Assembly (NCBI GenBank): GCA_034670305.1
Contig: JAXMNT010000063.1
Coordinates: 1-39,809, forward strand
Source of the DNA: Deltaproteobacteria bacterium
Lineage (GTDB): Bacteria > Myxococcota_A > Polyangia > Polyangiales > Houyiibacteriaceae
Direction of reading: 5' to 3'
DNA length: 39,809 bases
Position numbers and translations under genes: made by a program
Notes under the pieces: model-generated
Databases searched by the model: none
The model's input: the letters and a program-made list of their open reading frames with translations, nothing else
What the model was told of the DNA's origin: nothing
Shown: in pieces, positions 9,078 through 18,049 of the stretch
Layout: every line of letters starts with the position of its first letter
How positions within the stretch are numbered: position 1 is the first letter of the stretch

Positions 9078-10266
9078 TCACCCTTGTCCCGCAGCCCCCG
9101 ATCGCCGCGCAACCACAAAACTCACGTCGTCCCGCAGCCCCCCATTCGGCAGCCGAACCGCGTCCACAAGTTTCCAACCGAGCTCCGGATCGTCCGCATC
9201 GAGCAGATCGAGGATCTGCTTGTGCGGCGCGTACTTGAACAGACCGTCCGACCCAAGGATCAACTTCTCGACCCGGCCCGTGCCGAACGGAACCGGCGTC
9301 GCGCGACCGGAGCCGACCAGCGGTTTGTGCGCCTGGTGTTCGGTGAGCTCGATCCACTCTCCCTCCGAACGACACCACAACTCCGAGTCCCCCACCGACG
9401 CGCCGAGCAACGACCCATCGCCCATCAGCGTCGCCATGATCGCGGTGCTCTGGCCAGAGGCGTCGCGCGAGTTCCGCGTCGAGTTCGCGGAGACGGTCGC
9501 TGGCCAAGTGCGGTTCGATGGCCGTTTCACCTGCCGACACGATCCGCACCGCCGCGTCCCGGCCGCGCGATGTTCCTCCCGCGCCGTCGGCCAAGACGAA
9601 CCCAACCCCAGACAGCGAGCCGATGAACCGTCGATCGGTGGATGGCACGGGGAACACCCCGACGCGATCTTCGTCGGCCGTCGCCGCCTCCACGACCGAA
9701 TCGATGGTCCAGCGGAGTCCATCGATGGTGAACTCCATTCGTTGAACGAATGTGCGATCGAAGTTCCACTGCTGAGACAGTTCGGAACCGCACTCGGCAC
9801 AGTCCCAAGTCTCCTTGATCAGCGTTCGCGCGCCGCACGCACAACGCCGGAACTCGAACGCCGCCGTCCACCAGTTGGGATGCGGCAGCCCGGAAGCGTC
9901 AAGACATGCCTGAACTGCGGGCCACGAGCCGACCTCAGGGCAAAACCCCGTCGACTGGTTGCTGACCTCGAGCACCTCCGGTGTTCCGCCATCCACCACC
10001 ACCGTCAGTTCTCCCGCAGAGCGCACCGGCCCGCCGCCGGCGCATGCGACGTGTTCACTGGAGCGGTCTGCGAGGCGCAACACCCCCCGGTCGTCGACCA
10101 CGAAGGTACAGGTCCGCGAGTCGCCGTCCGTGCCCCCGAGTTCGGCTAGGGCGGCCGCCAGTTCGTCCGGGTTTCGAACTGGGTGACCGCGAGGAACGCT
10201 GCGCGCGTGCTCCGCGATGTCGAGAGGTCCGACGTACTTGTAGAGGCGATGAAAGACAGCAGACAT
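9078..10266 (-). pseudogene. Fusion of an uncharacterised Zn-ribbon-containing domain and a PP2C/SpoIIE-like phosphatase, frameshifted near 9465
   Basis: Frame 1 (from ATG 10266) has SEHVACAGG, SNQSTGFCP, CAC…CAEC and the PP2C motif LADGAGG. The remaining PP2C motifs (VGDS, SDGLFKY, DDVS) are in the 9078-9800 frame. The switch falls in a (GC)n run. Could be a sequencing error. Confidence 0.75.
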
Positions 10267-10401
10267 GAGGGTGGAACCTTCGGGTCCGATGTGTGTCGTC
10301 CCGCCAAATTGTCGAGGCGACGTAACCACGCGCGAGGGTCGGCGCTCTCCCGTCACGACAAAGACAGAGGCAGCACCAGGCACAGCCACAGCATCGGCGA
10401 C

Positions 10402-10562
10402 AGAGTCAGCAGCAGAGTCAGCAGCAGCGTCAGCAGCAGAGTCAGCAGCAGCGTCAGCAACAGAGTCAGCAGCAGAGTCAGCAACAGCGTCAGCAGCAGA
10501 GTCAGCAGCAGCGTCAGCAGCAGAGTCAGCAACAGAGTCAGCAGCAGAGTCAGCAGCAGAGT
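10402..10562. repeat. Tandem array, about 13 copies of AG(A/C)GTCAGCA(G/A)C
   Basis: Read directly from the sequence. Confidence 0.95.
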
Positions 10563-10566
10563 AGAG

Positions 10567-10638
10567 AACCCGGTCCGAGTCCGAAGGACGAGCCGACTCC
10601 GTAGGAGAGGCTACAAGCCGGACCGGAAGCGGAAGCGG
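10567..10638 (+). repeat. 72-bp structured direct repeat, copy 2
   Basis: Identical to 8658-8729. Confidence 0.95.
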
Positions 10639-10703
10639 TCGCGGAAGCGGAAGCGGTCGCGGAAGCGGTCGCGGAAGCGGAAGCGGTCGCGGAAGCGGTC
10701 GCG
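10627..10703. repeat. Mosaic hexamer array (AAGCGG / TCGCGG), second copy
   Basis: Same units as 8718-8822 in a different order and number. Confidence 0.92.
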
Positions 10704-10788
10704 GGAGCCGCGGTAGCGGTAGTGGCAGCAAACAGCGGCGGCGGCCTCCAGGCTCGACTTTGGTTCGGCTGCGCGGTACCCGGGCCTC

Positions 10789-12285
10789 GTGCTGCATGGG
10801 GAGACGTTGTCGGCTTTGGCGGAGTGGGAGCGCGACTTCCCCGTGGAGCGTTGGCAGGTCGGCTCGGTGCGGGTGTGGCCGTTTCTCCGGACCTGGCTCG
10901 GCAGCCGGATCCTCACCGCCGGCCGGCCTCCGCAGCCCAAACGGCCGCTGACGCAGCACCCCGCCCTCCGGATGATCGAAGAGTCGGGGCGCGCGTTGTG
11001 GGACGGAGCGCGGGACGGAGCGCGGGGCCGAATGCGCACGCGCACACACACGACGCCCGACGTGGTGCTGCTCGGGCGGCCGTCCAGTCGACAGCCGCTC
11101 GGGGGCCGGTTCTACGACTCGTTGCTCGACCCCATCGCGGACGCGCTCGAAGCGGCTGGGCGCAGCGTCTCGATGTTCGAGTACCGCTCGACGATGCTTC
11201 GGTACCGTCTGCCGCGGCATCGGCCGGCGGTGGCGGTCCGCTCTGCGCTCTTGGCCCAGCGTGCGCGTACGCAGCTCGAGGACGCGTTGCGGCGACCGAG
11301 CGCGTTGCAACTCGACCGCCATGCAGACTTCGTCCGTGCGGTCACCACACGCTACCCGACCGTGCGCGTGCCGCACCCGTGGTGGCTGGCGCGGCGGGTC
11401 CGGGACATCGAAGCGGTCGCGTCGTACTTCGATGCGGTCTTCGCCGAGACGCGACCGCGGCTCGCGATGTGCACGCCCTACTACAACGCGGTCGGGTTCG
11501 GGTTCTGTCTGGCGGCCAGTCGCCGGGGCATCCGATCGGTCGACGTGCAGCATGGGGTCACGCGCGGAAACCCGGCGTACGACCGGTGGACTTCGTTTCC
11601 GTCCGGCGGGTACGCGCTCTTGCCCGACCGGGTCTGGTGCTGGAGCGCGCTCGACGCCGAGCCCATCCAGGCCGGCCGGACCACACCGGCGACGCTCGTC
11701 GGTGGGCACCCGTGGCACGCGTACTGGGATCGCCACCGTGGCCAGAACCCAAACCTCGCCCCCCTCCCCCGCGGCGAGCGCACGGTGCTGGTCTCACTCA
11801 CCTGGAGCTCCGGTTGGTCGGAGGCGCTTCGGGCGATCGTCTCGGCGGCGCCTCCGTCGTGGGCGTTCTGGATCCGGCTGCACCCATTGATGCACGCCGA
11901 GCGCGCGTCCGTGGTCGCCTGGTGCGCAGAGAAGTCCGCAGAGAAGTCCGCGGTGAAGTCCACGAAGGGCGGCGCCACGCTCGAGGTGGAGGGTGCGAGC
12001 GACCTGCCCTTGCCGGTGTTGCTCCAGCACGCCGACGTGCACCTGACGCACAACTCGAGCGTGGTGCAAGAGGCGGCCGCGGTGGGCAAACCATCGGTGG
12101 TGATCGACGACCGGGCGCTCGATGTGTACACGCAGGAGATCGAGTCGGGCATCGCGGTCTACGCAAAGACGACCGAGGGCGCGATCGAGGCGCTCCGCCG
12201 AGCGACCTCGGAGACGACCGAGGAGCGGCCTTCGGAGTGGGCGCGGCTGCAGCGGGCCATCGCGGAGCTGCTCGACGAACCGTGA
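10789..12285 (+). CDS. Putative GT-B glycosyltransferase-like protein (candidate nonulosonic acid transferase)
   Basis: DVQHG, IRLHP and HNSSVVQEA motifs resemble CMP-sugar/capsule transferases; first gene of the pse locus. Confidence 0.55.
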   Translation: MLHGETLSALAEWERDFPVERWQVGSVRVWPFLRTWLGSRILTAGRPPQPKRPLTQHPALRMIEESGRALWDGARDGARGRMRTRTHTTPDVVLLGRPSSRQPLGGRFYDSLLDPIADALEAAGRSVSMFEYRSTMLRYRLPRHRPAVAVRSALLAQRARTQLEDALRRPSALQLDRHADFVRAVTTRYPTVRVPHPWWLARRVRDIEAVASYFDAVFAETRPRLAMCTPYYNAVGFGFCLAASRRGIRSVDVQHGVTRGNPAYDRWTSFPSGGYALLPDRVWCWSALDAEPIQAGRTTPATLVGGHPWHAYWDRHRGQNPNLAPLPRGERTVLVSLTWSSGWSEALRAIVSAAPPSWAFWIRLHPLMHAERASVVAWCAEKSAEKSAVKSTKGGATLEVEGASDLPLPVLLQHADVHLTHNSSVVQEAAAVGKPSVVIDDRALDVYTQEIESGIAVYAKTTEGAIEALRRATSETTEERPSEWARLQRAIAELLDEP

Positions 12286-12304
12286 TAGCGTCGGCGCCCG
12301 CCGC

Positions 12305-13468
12305 ATGCCGAACTACTGTCGACAGTGCATCTTGCCGGACACGCGGCCTGGCGTCGCGCTCGATGCGGACGGGGTCTGCAACGGTTGCCGCAACGCGGTG
12401 ATCAAACGCGGCATCGACTGGGCCGCCCGCGCGCAGGAGTTCGACGGGGTCGTCGCGCAGGCACGATCGCGCAACGCGGCCTGGGACTGCGTGATCCCGG
12501 TGAGCGGCGGCAAAGACAGCTACTGGCAAGTCGTCACGTGTCTCGAGCGCGGGCTGCGACCGCTCTGCGTGACCTACGTCTACCCCGGCCAGACCGAGCT
12601 CGGCCGCGCCAACCTGAAGTCATTGATCGCGCTCGGCGTCGATCACATCGAGTTCCGCCTCAACCCGATCGTCGAACGCACGCTCGTGAAGAAGGCGTTT
12701 CAGAAGACGGGCATCAGCGGGCTCGTGACCCACATGGCGATCTACACCGTGCCGATCCGCGTCGCGGTCGCGCATGGGATCCCGCTCGTCGTCTACGGCG
12801 AGAACTCTGCGTTCGAATACGGCAGCGAAGAAGCGGGGCTCGATGGGGCACAGGTCACCCGTCAGTGGCTCAAGCGGTTCGGGGTCACTGCCGGCACCAC
12901 CGCCGAAGACTGGGTCGACGAGACGCTCACCCGCGCACAGCTCGAGCCACTCGTACTCCCTTCGGATGCGTTGCTCGCGGAGCGCGACCTGCGGGTGATC
13001 TTCCTCGGCCACTACCTGCCCTGGGATCCACACACCTCCCGCGACGTCGCTCTGAAGCATGGCTTCCAAGCGCGGGCGGAAGGCGCGCGGGTCGGCCACT
13101 ACGACTTCGTGAACATCGACGACGACATGATCGGCGCACACCACCACCCGAAGTGGGCGAAGTTCGGCATCACGCGCAGCTGGGACACGCTCTCGATGGA
13201 GATCCGCGCGGGCCGCATGACGCGCGACGAAGCGATCGAGACGTTGCGGGCCCAAGGCGACGAGACCCCATGGGCCGACATCCAGAACTTCTGCGACTAC
13301 ACCGGGCTGAGCGTGGCCGACTACCTCGGAACGGTGGAGCGCTTTCGCAACCACGATCTCTGGTCCCGCGCGTCCATCGACGGGCGCGAGCGGTGGAGGA
13401 TCGACGGGTTCCTCGTGGAAGGGTTCCCGTGGCCAGCGGATCCCACCGAAACGGAAGCGCGATCTTGA
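12305..13468 (+). CDS. N-acetyl sugar amidotransferase (WbuX/PseA-like, PP-loop)
   Basis: N-terminal YCxxC…PDTRP…GVCNGC, PP-loop SGGKDS, YGEN..FEYG, KFG..R, IR.G.MTRDEA. Confidence 0.88.
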   Translation: MPNYCRQCILPDTRPGVALDADGVCNGCRNAVIKRGIDWAARAQEFDGVVAQARSRNAAWDCVIPVSGGKDSYWQVVTCLERGLRPLCVTYVYPGQTELGRANLKSLIALGVDHIEFRLNPIVERTLVKKAFQKTGISGLVTHMAIYTVPIRVAVAHGIPLVVYGENSAFEYGSEEAGLDGAQVTRQWLKRFGVTAGTTAEDWVDETLTRAQLEPLVLPSDALLAERDLRVIFLGHYLPWDPHTSRDVALKHGFQARAEGARVGHYDFVNIDDDMIGAHHHPKWAKFGITRSWDTLSMEIRAGRMTRDEAIETLRAQGDETPWADIQNFCDYTGLSVADYLGTVERFRNHDLWSRASIDGRERWRIDGFLVEGFPWPADPTETEARS

Positions 13469-14433
13469 AACGCGCGCACGGAGCCAGCTGCGAACCCGCC
13501 GAACTCATCCTCGGGACCGCACAGCGGATCCCTGGCTACGGCGTGGCGTCGTCCATTGGCCCGAGCGAACACACGTCCGCGCAGGCGTTGCTGCAAACGG
13601 CGGAGCGACTCGGCGTCATCGGCCTCGACACCGCGCCTGGCTACGGCGATGCGGAAGTGCAGATCGGCGCGTACTTCGGCGCCAACGGGTCGTGCCGCTT
13701 GCAGGTGTGTAGCAAGTTGCCCGCGCTCCCGGACGGGCTCGATCCGCGCGCACTCGCCGCGGCCGTGCACCGCGCCGCCCACGCCTCCCGCACCAACCTC
13801 CGCGTGCCGCGCATCGACGCGTACCTGCTGCACAGCGCCACGGACCTCGGCCGCTATGGGCAGCCCTTGGTCGATGCGCTGGTCGAACTTCAGGAGCTGG
13901 GGGTCGTGGAGACAATCGGTGTGTCGGTCTACACACCGGAAGAAGCGGTCGCGGTGCTGCGCTACCCGGCGCTCCAGAGAGTGCAGCTGCCGCTCCACCT
14001 CTTCGACCGCCGGATGGTCTCGACTGGCGTGGTCGGCAAGCTGCGCGACGCGGGCGTGCACATCGACGTACGCAGCGTGCTGCTGCAAGGGCTGCTGCTG
14101 CTCGACCCGGACGCCGCCGAAGCCAAGGTGCCGGGCGCCTTCCCCTGGGTCGACACGCTGCGGACGCTGGCCGCGCGGCACGAGGTCGACCGATGCACGC
14201 TCGCGCTCGGCTACGCGCGGCACCGGAGCGGTGCGCAGGGTGTGGTGGTCGGCGTCGATTCGGTCGCACAGCTCGAGGCCACCCATGCCGCGTTCGGGGC
14301 ACCGGTGCCGGCGGCGGCCTTCGACGAAGCGGACGCGTTGTTCGCGGAGGTCCCCGCCTTGGTTCGAGATCCCCGACGGTGGCCGGCGCCCGGTGCGACG
14401 GTCGCGCGTGATGTCGCAGGAGCGACGACATGA
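13465..14433 (+). CDS. Aldo/keto reductase
   Basis: LGTAQ, DTAPGYG, SK, YLLH, IGVSVY, RSVLLQG motifs. TTG start overlaps the upstream stop (start uncertain). Confidence 0.88.
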   Translation: MKRAHGASCEPAELILGTAQRIPGYGVASSIGPSEHTSAQALLQTAERLGVIGLDTAPGYGDAEVQIGAYFGANGSCRLQVCSKLPALPDGLDPRALAAAVHRAAHASRTNLRVPRIDAYLLHSATDLGRYGQPLVDALVELQELGVVETIGVSVYTPEEAVAVLRYPALQRVQLPLHLFDRRMVSTGVVGKLRDAGVHIDVRSVLLQGLLLLDPDAAEAKVPGAFPWVDTLRTLAARHEVDRCTLALGYARHRSGAQGVVVGVDSVAQLEATHAAFGAPVPAAAFDEADALFAEVPALVRDPRRWPAPGATVARDVAGATT

Positions 14434-15308
14434 CGACGCCGTCCGAGCCGTCCGTCACCGTCGTGATCCAGGCGCGCCTGAGCAGCCGCCGGCTTCCCGG
14501 CAAAGTGCTGGCGCCGCTCGCCGGCGCGCCCGCGCTCGTGCGCATGCTGGAGCGCGTCGCACGGGTTCGGCGGGCCTCGCGTTGCGTGGTGGCCACGTCC
14601 ACCGAAGCGTCCGACGATGCCTTGGCCGCCCTCTGTGAGCGGCACGGGATCGCGCTCTTGCGCGGACCGCTCGACGACGTGCTTGGCCGGTTCGTGGCCG
14701 CGGTGCCGCACGACGGGGGCCTGGTGGTGCGGCTCACCGGCGACTGTCCACTCGTCGACCCGGCGCTCGTCGACCGGCACATCGAGCGCGCCCTCGAGGC
14801 TCTGGGACGGGAAGACACGGAGCGGGTGCAGTACGTGAGCAACGCGGTCTCGCGCACCCAGCCCGATGGGCTGGACGTGGAAGTCATGACCGCCGAGATC
14901 CTGCACGAGGCCCACCGCGAAGCCACGACAGCCTACGACCGGGAGCACGTGACGCCGTGGATCCAGCGGCACGCGCGGGTCGCCCACCTGACACAGCCGA
15001 CCGACCTCTCCGGCCTGCGGTGGACGCTCGACACCGAAGCCGATCTCAACTTCCTCGCGGGGGTGTACGCGGCCCTCTGGCCCGACAGTCCGGCGTTCAC
15101 GACGGCCGATGTCTATCGGCTGCTGTGCGACGAACCCGAACGCATCCACACCGACGCAGAGCCACTGAGCCCGGAAGAGCGCAGCGCGTGGGTGGCGCGG
15201 ATCCGAACCCATCTGGGCACGCTTTCGACCGGCGCCCTGACCGGGGTCTCGACCAGCGCCTCGACCCCGGGTGCGGTCTCGCCCGAACGGAGTGAACCAT
15301 GCCCGTAG
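14430..15308 (+). CDS. spsF: SpsF-type cytidylyltransferase (probable CMP-nonulosonate synthetase, PseF role)
   Basis: IQARLSSRRLPGKVL, VRLTGDCPLVDP, P.GLDVEV, REHVTPWI, RWTLDT..D. Confidence 0.85.
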   Translation: MTTPSEPSVTVVIQARLSSRRLPGKVLAPLAGAPALVRMLERVARVRRASRCVVATSTEASDDALAALCERHGIALLRGPLDDVLGRFVAAVPHDGGLVVRLTGDCPLVDPALVDRHIERALEALGREDTERVQYVSNAVSRTQPDGLDVEVMTAEILHEAHREATTAYDREHVTPWIQRHARVAHLTQPTDLSGLRWTLDTEADLNFLAGVYAALWPDSPAFTTADVYRLLCDEPERIHTDAEPLSPEERSAWVARIRTHLGTLSTGALTGVSTSASTPGAVSPERSEPCP

Positions 15309-16684
15309 ACGATGCTGGCTCTGGCAAACCCAGCGCTGGGCAGGCGCTGTACGCGCGGGCGTGCGAACGCATCCCCGGCGGCACCCAGCTCTTGAGCAAA
15401 CGGCCGGAGCTCTTTTTGCCCGATGGCTGGCCGTCCTACTACGCGCGCGCCCAGGGAGTGGAAGTGACCGACCTCGACGGGCGGACGTTCGTCGACGTGT
15501 CGCTGCACGGCGTCGGCGCGTGTCCGCTCGGGTTCGCGGATCCGGACGTGGACGCGGCGGTGATCGACGCGGTGCGCGCGGGCAACATGTGCACGCTCAA
15601 CGCGCCCGAAGAGGTCGAGCTCGCGGAGAAACTGTGCGACCTGCACCCGTGGGCGGAACAGGTGCGTTGCACGCGCAGCGGCGGCGAAGCGATGTCGGTC
15701 GCGGTGCGGACCGCGCGGGCCGCCACCGGCAAACAGGTGGTGCTCGTGGCCGGCTACCACGGCTGGCACGACTGGTACTTGGCGGCCAACCTCGATCGCC
15801 CCGAAGCCCTCGACCGGTTGCTGCTGCCGCGGGTCAGCACCGCGGGGGTACCCCGGGCACTGAGCGGCACGTCGATCGCATTCGACATCGCGGATCGGAC
15901 GAACTTCGATGCCGCGATCACGGAAGCGGGCGACGACCTCGCCGCGGTGGTGATCGAACCGGCCCGGTACGAGCGCTTGTCTGAAGAAGACGCCGCGTAC
16001 CTGCGCGATGCCACCCACCGGAACGGGGGCGTGCTGATCTTCGACGAGATCACGAGCGGCTTCCGGCTCGACATCGGCGGCGCGCACCGCGCGATGCACA
16101 CCCAGCCCGATCTCTGCGTGTTCGCGAAGGGCATGAGCAACGGGTACCCGATGGCCGCGGTCATCGGCCGCCGCAGCGTGATGGAAGCGGCCGGGCGCGC
16201 CTTCGTCAGCAGCACGTCTTGGACCGATCGCATCGGGCCCACCGCGGCGCTGGCGACGATCGCCAAGTTCGAACGCGTGGCCACCGAAGGCGCCCACTCC
16301 CAGCCAGGAGGCGTCGCGCAACACCTCGCCGCGATGGGCGACCGCATGCGCGCCGGATGGCGACGGCTCGCGGACACGCACGGGCTCTCCCTCACCACGC
16401 GCGGCATCGCCCCTCTGCCCTCCTTCTCCTTGGAGCACGAGGACGCGCCCGCGCTCCACACGCTCTACACCCAGGAGATGCTCGACCGCGGCTTCCTGGC
16501 GTCGGGCGCGTTCTACGCGAGCTACGCGCACCAGCCGGCGCATGTGGACGCCGCGCTCTTGGCCAGCGACGCCGCATTCGAGATCGTCGCGCGCGCAATC
16601 GACGCGGGCGACGTCGTCGATCGTTTGCGTGGACCCGTGGCGCACCGTGGCCTTCGCGGCGCGCCACCGAAGGAGACCCGATGA
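15299..16684 (+). CDS. Class III PLP aminotransferase (GSA-aminomutase-like) within the glycan locus
   Basis: IPGGTQLLSKRP, GYHGWHDW, LIFDEITSGFR, and the PLP-lysine motif FAKGMSNGYP. Confidence 0.88.
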   Translation: MPVDDAGSGKPSAGQALYARACERIPGGTQLLSKRPELFLPDGWPSYYARAQGVEVTDLDGRTFVDVSLHGVGACPLGFADPDVDAAVIDAVRAGNMCTLNAPEEVELAEKLCDLHPWAEQVRCTRSGGEAMSVAVRTARAATGKQVVLVAGYHGWHDWYLAANLDRPEALDRLLLPRVSTAGVPRALSGTSIAFDIADRTNFDAAITEAGDDLAAVVIEPARYERLSEEDAAYLRDATHRNGGVLIFDEITSGFRLDIGGAHRAMHTQPDLCVFAKGMSNGYPMAAVIGRRSVMEAAGRAFVSSTSWTDRIGPTAALATIAKFERVATEGAHSQPGGVAQHLAAMGDRMRAGWRRLADTHGLSLTTRGIAPLPSFSLEHEDAPALHTLYTQEMLDRGFLASGAFYASYAHQPAHVDAALLASDAAFEIVARAIDAGDVVDRLRGPVAHRGLRGAPPKETR

Positions 16685-18030
16685 GTACGAAGCGCGCACC
16701 CGTCGACGCGGTGGTGATCGGCGCCAACATCCGAGGACTCGTCACCGCGTACGTACTCGGGGCGCTCGGCTACCGCACGGTCCTGATCGAACGCGGCCGG
16801 CAGGTCGGCGGCGCCGACGGATCGTTCTCGGTGGCGACCGGTCACCGCTTCGACCTCGGACTGCACGTGCTCGACGAGGACCGCGCGCCGCTCGCCACGC
16901 GTCTCTTCCGCCAGGTGCTCGGCGACAACGTGCAACGCACCCGGCTGCAGCGCGCCATCGTGCTTCGGAACCACATCCTGCCCTACGCGCCGCTCCGCTC
17001 CGAGATACCGCCCGCGCTGCGCGCGCTGCTGTCCGAGCCGACGAGCGACGACGGCACGATCCTCGACGAACTCGGCGGCGCAGAGCCCACCCGCGAAGCG
17101 CTCGCGCGGTTCTACGGGCAAGGGTTCGCCGATCTGATCTTCGACGAGGTGCTGCCTTCGTATCCGACCGAAGCGCGCCACCTGGAGTTCGGGGTGCCGG
17201 AGTCGAAGCTGCTCACCAACCTCTACCCCTGGTTCTTTCCGCGCGCGCGCCGCAGCGCCGAGGTGCGAGACGAGTCGCGGCGGTTTCACGACCGGCTGCG
17301 CGAAGGCGTCGACCAGCACGTGCTCTACCCTCGGACCGGCGGCTTCGGTGCGTTCGCGCAGGCGCTCGCCGACCACCTCGGGCCGCAGGTCGAGGTGATC
17401 ACGGGCGCCGACGATCTCGAGATCGACGTCGCTCCTGGCACCCACACCGTGCGGGCGGTGCGGACCGGGGGACGTACGTTCGAGGCGCCGCACCACTTCT
17501 GGGCCGGGCCTTGGCCTGCGCTTTGCGGGCTGCTCGGTCTTCCTTGCCAGGACGTGACCACCGACCGGGTGCTGCTGGGAAGTTTCGTGCTGAGCCATCC
17601 AGCCGCCACCCACCACCAGGAGATCCTAGTCGGGGATCCCAACCACCCCATCAACCGCATCTCGTTCCCGGGCATGTTCCGCACCGACGTGGCACCGGAA
17701 CCGTTGATGCAGATCGAGTTCGCGGTCCCCGAAGCGAGCGCCCCTTCGTCGGATGCCGCGCACTGGCGCTCGCGCTGGCATGCGAGCGGCCGGCAGCTCG
17801 GGGTGCTCGAACCCAGCCACACCATCGGGCACTTCGACTTCAAGTCCGTGAAGCTGCACTTCAACGGGTTCGGCGCCGAGGGCGACGCGTTGCGCGACGC
17901 CGATCCAGCCGTGCTCGCCGCGGACAGCAACCTGCACCCGGTGGTGCCCAGCATGGCGAACCTGAACCTCAACAACTACGTGCCGCGCACCGTCGCGTAC
18001 GTAGCGAAGGTGCTCGCAGCGCGCCGCTGA
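16681..18030 (+). CDS. FAD/NAD(P)-dependent oxidoreductase (NAD_binding_8 / HemY-Glf-like N-terminus)
   Basis: VVIGAxxxGL…LIE….GG…FDLGLH and later YP..GGFG; ATGA overlap with the upstream gene. Confidence 0.75.
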   Translation: MSTKRAPVDAVVIGANIRGLVTAYVLGALGYRTVLIERGRQVGGADGSFSVATGHRFDLGLHVLDEDRAPLATRLFRQVLGDNVQRTRLQRAIVLRNHILPYAPLRSEIPPALRALLSEPTSDDGTILDELGGAEPTREALARFYGQGFADLIFDEVLPSYPTEARHLEFGVPESKLLTNLYPWFFPRARRSAEVRDESRRFHDRLREGVDQHVLYPRTGGFGAFAQALADHLGPQVEVITGADDLEIDVAPGTHTVRAVRTGGRTFEAPHHFWAGPWPALCGLLGLPCQDVTTDRVLLGSFVLSHPAATHHQEILVGDPNHPINRISFPGMFRTDVAPEPLMQIEFAVPEASAPSSDAAHWRSRWHASGRQLGVLEPSHTIGHFDFKSVKLHFNGFGAEGDALRDADPAVLAADSNLHPVVPSMANLNLNNYVPRTVAYVAKVLAARR

Positions 18031-18049
18031 GCGCTGCGGATCCGGCGCG

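Noticed and set aside
8634-9238. Low-complexity ORFs (poly-RS, poly-AS/AT, poly-L, AADS repeats), also at 7899-8294 and 10183-10716
   Set aside because: They are translations of the tandem arrays, open in several frames on both strands, with no evidence for a preferred coding frame.
8017-10703. CRISPR array
   Set aside because: The repeats are contiguous 6/12-nt units or two 72-bp copies 1.9 kb apart. There is no repeat-unique spacer periodicity and no cas gene.
9067-11736. 889-aa minus-strand ORF as one protein
   Set aside because: Its first ~490 codons are the antisense of the transferase gene plus stop-free repeat arrays. Protein-like sequence starts at ATG 10266.
15299-16684. hemL (tetrapyrrole GSA aminomutase)
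   Set aside because: Same fold, but it is embedded in and coupled to a sugar-nucleotide operon and has the GYHGWHDW variant, so a glycan-related role is more likely.
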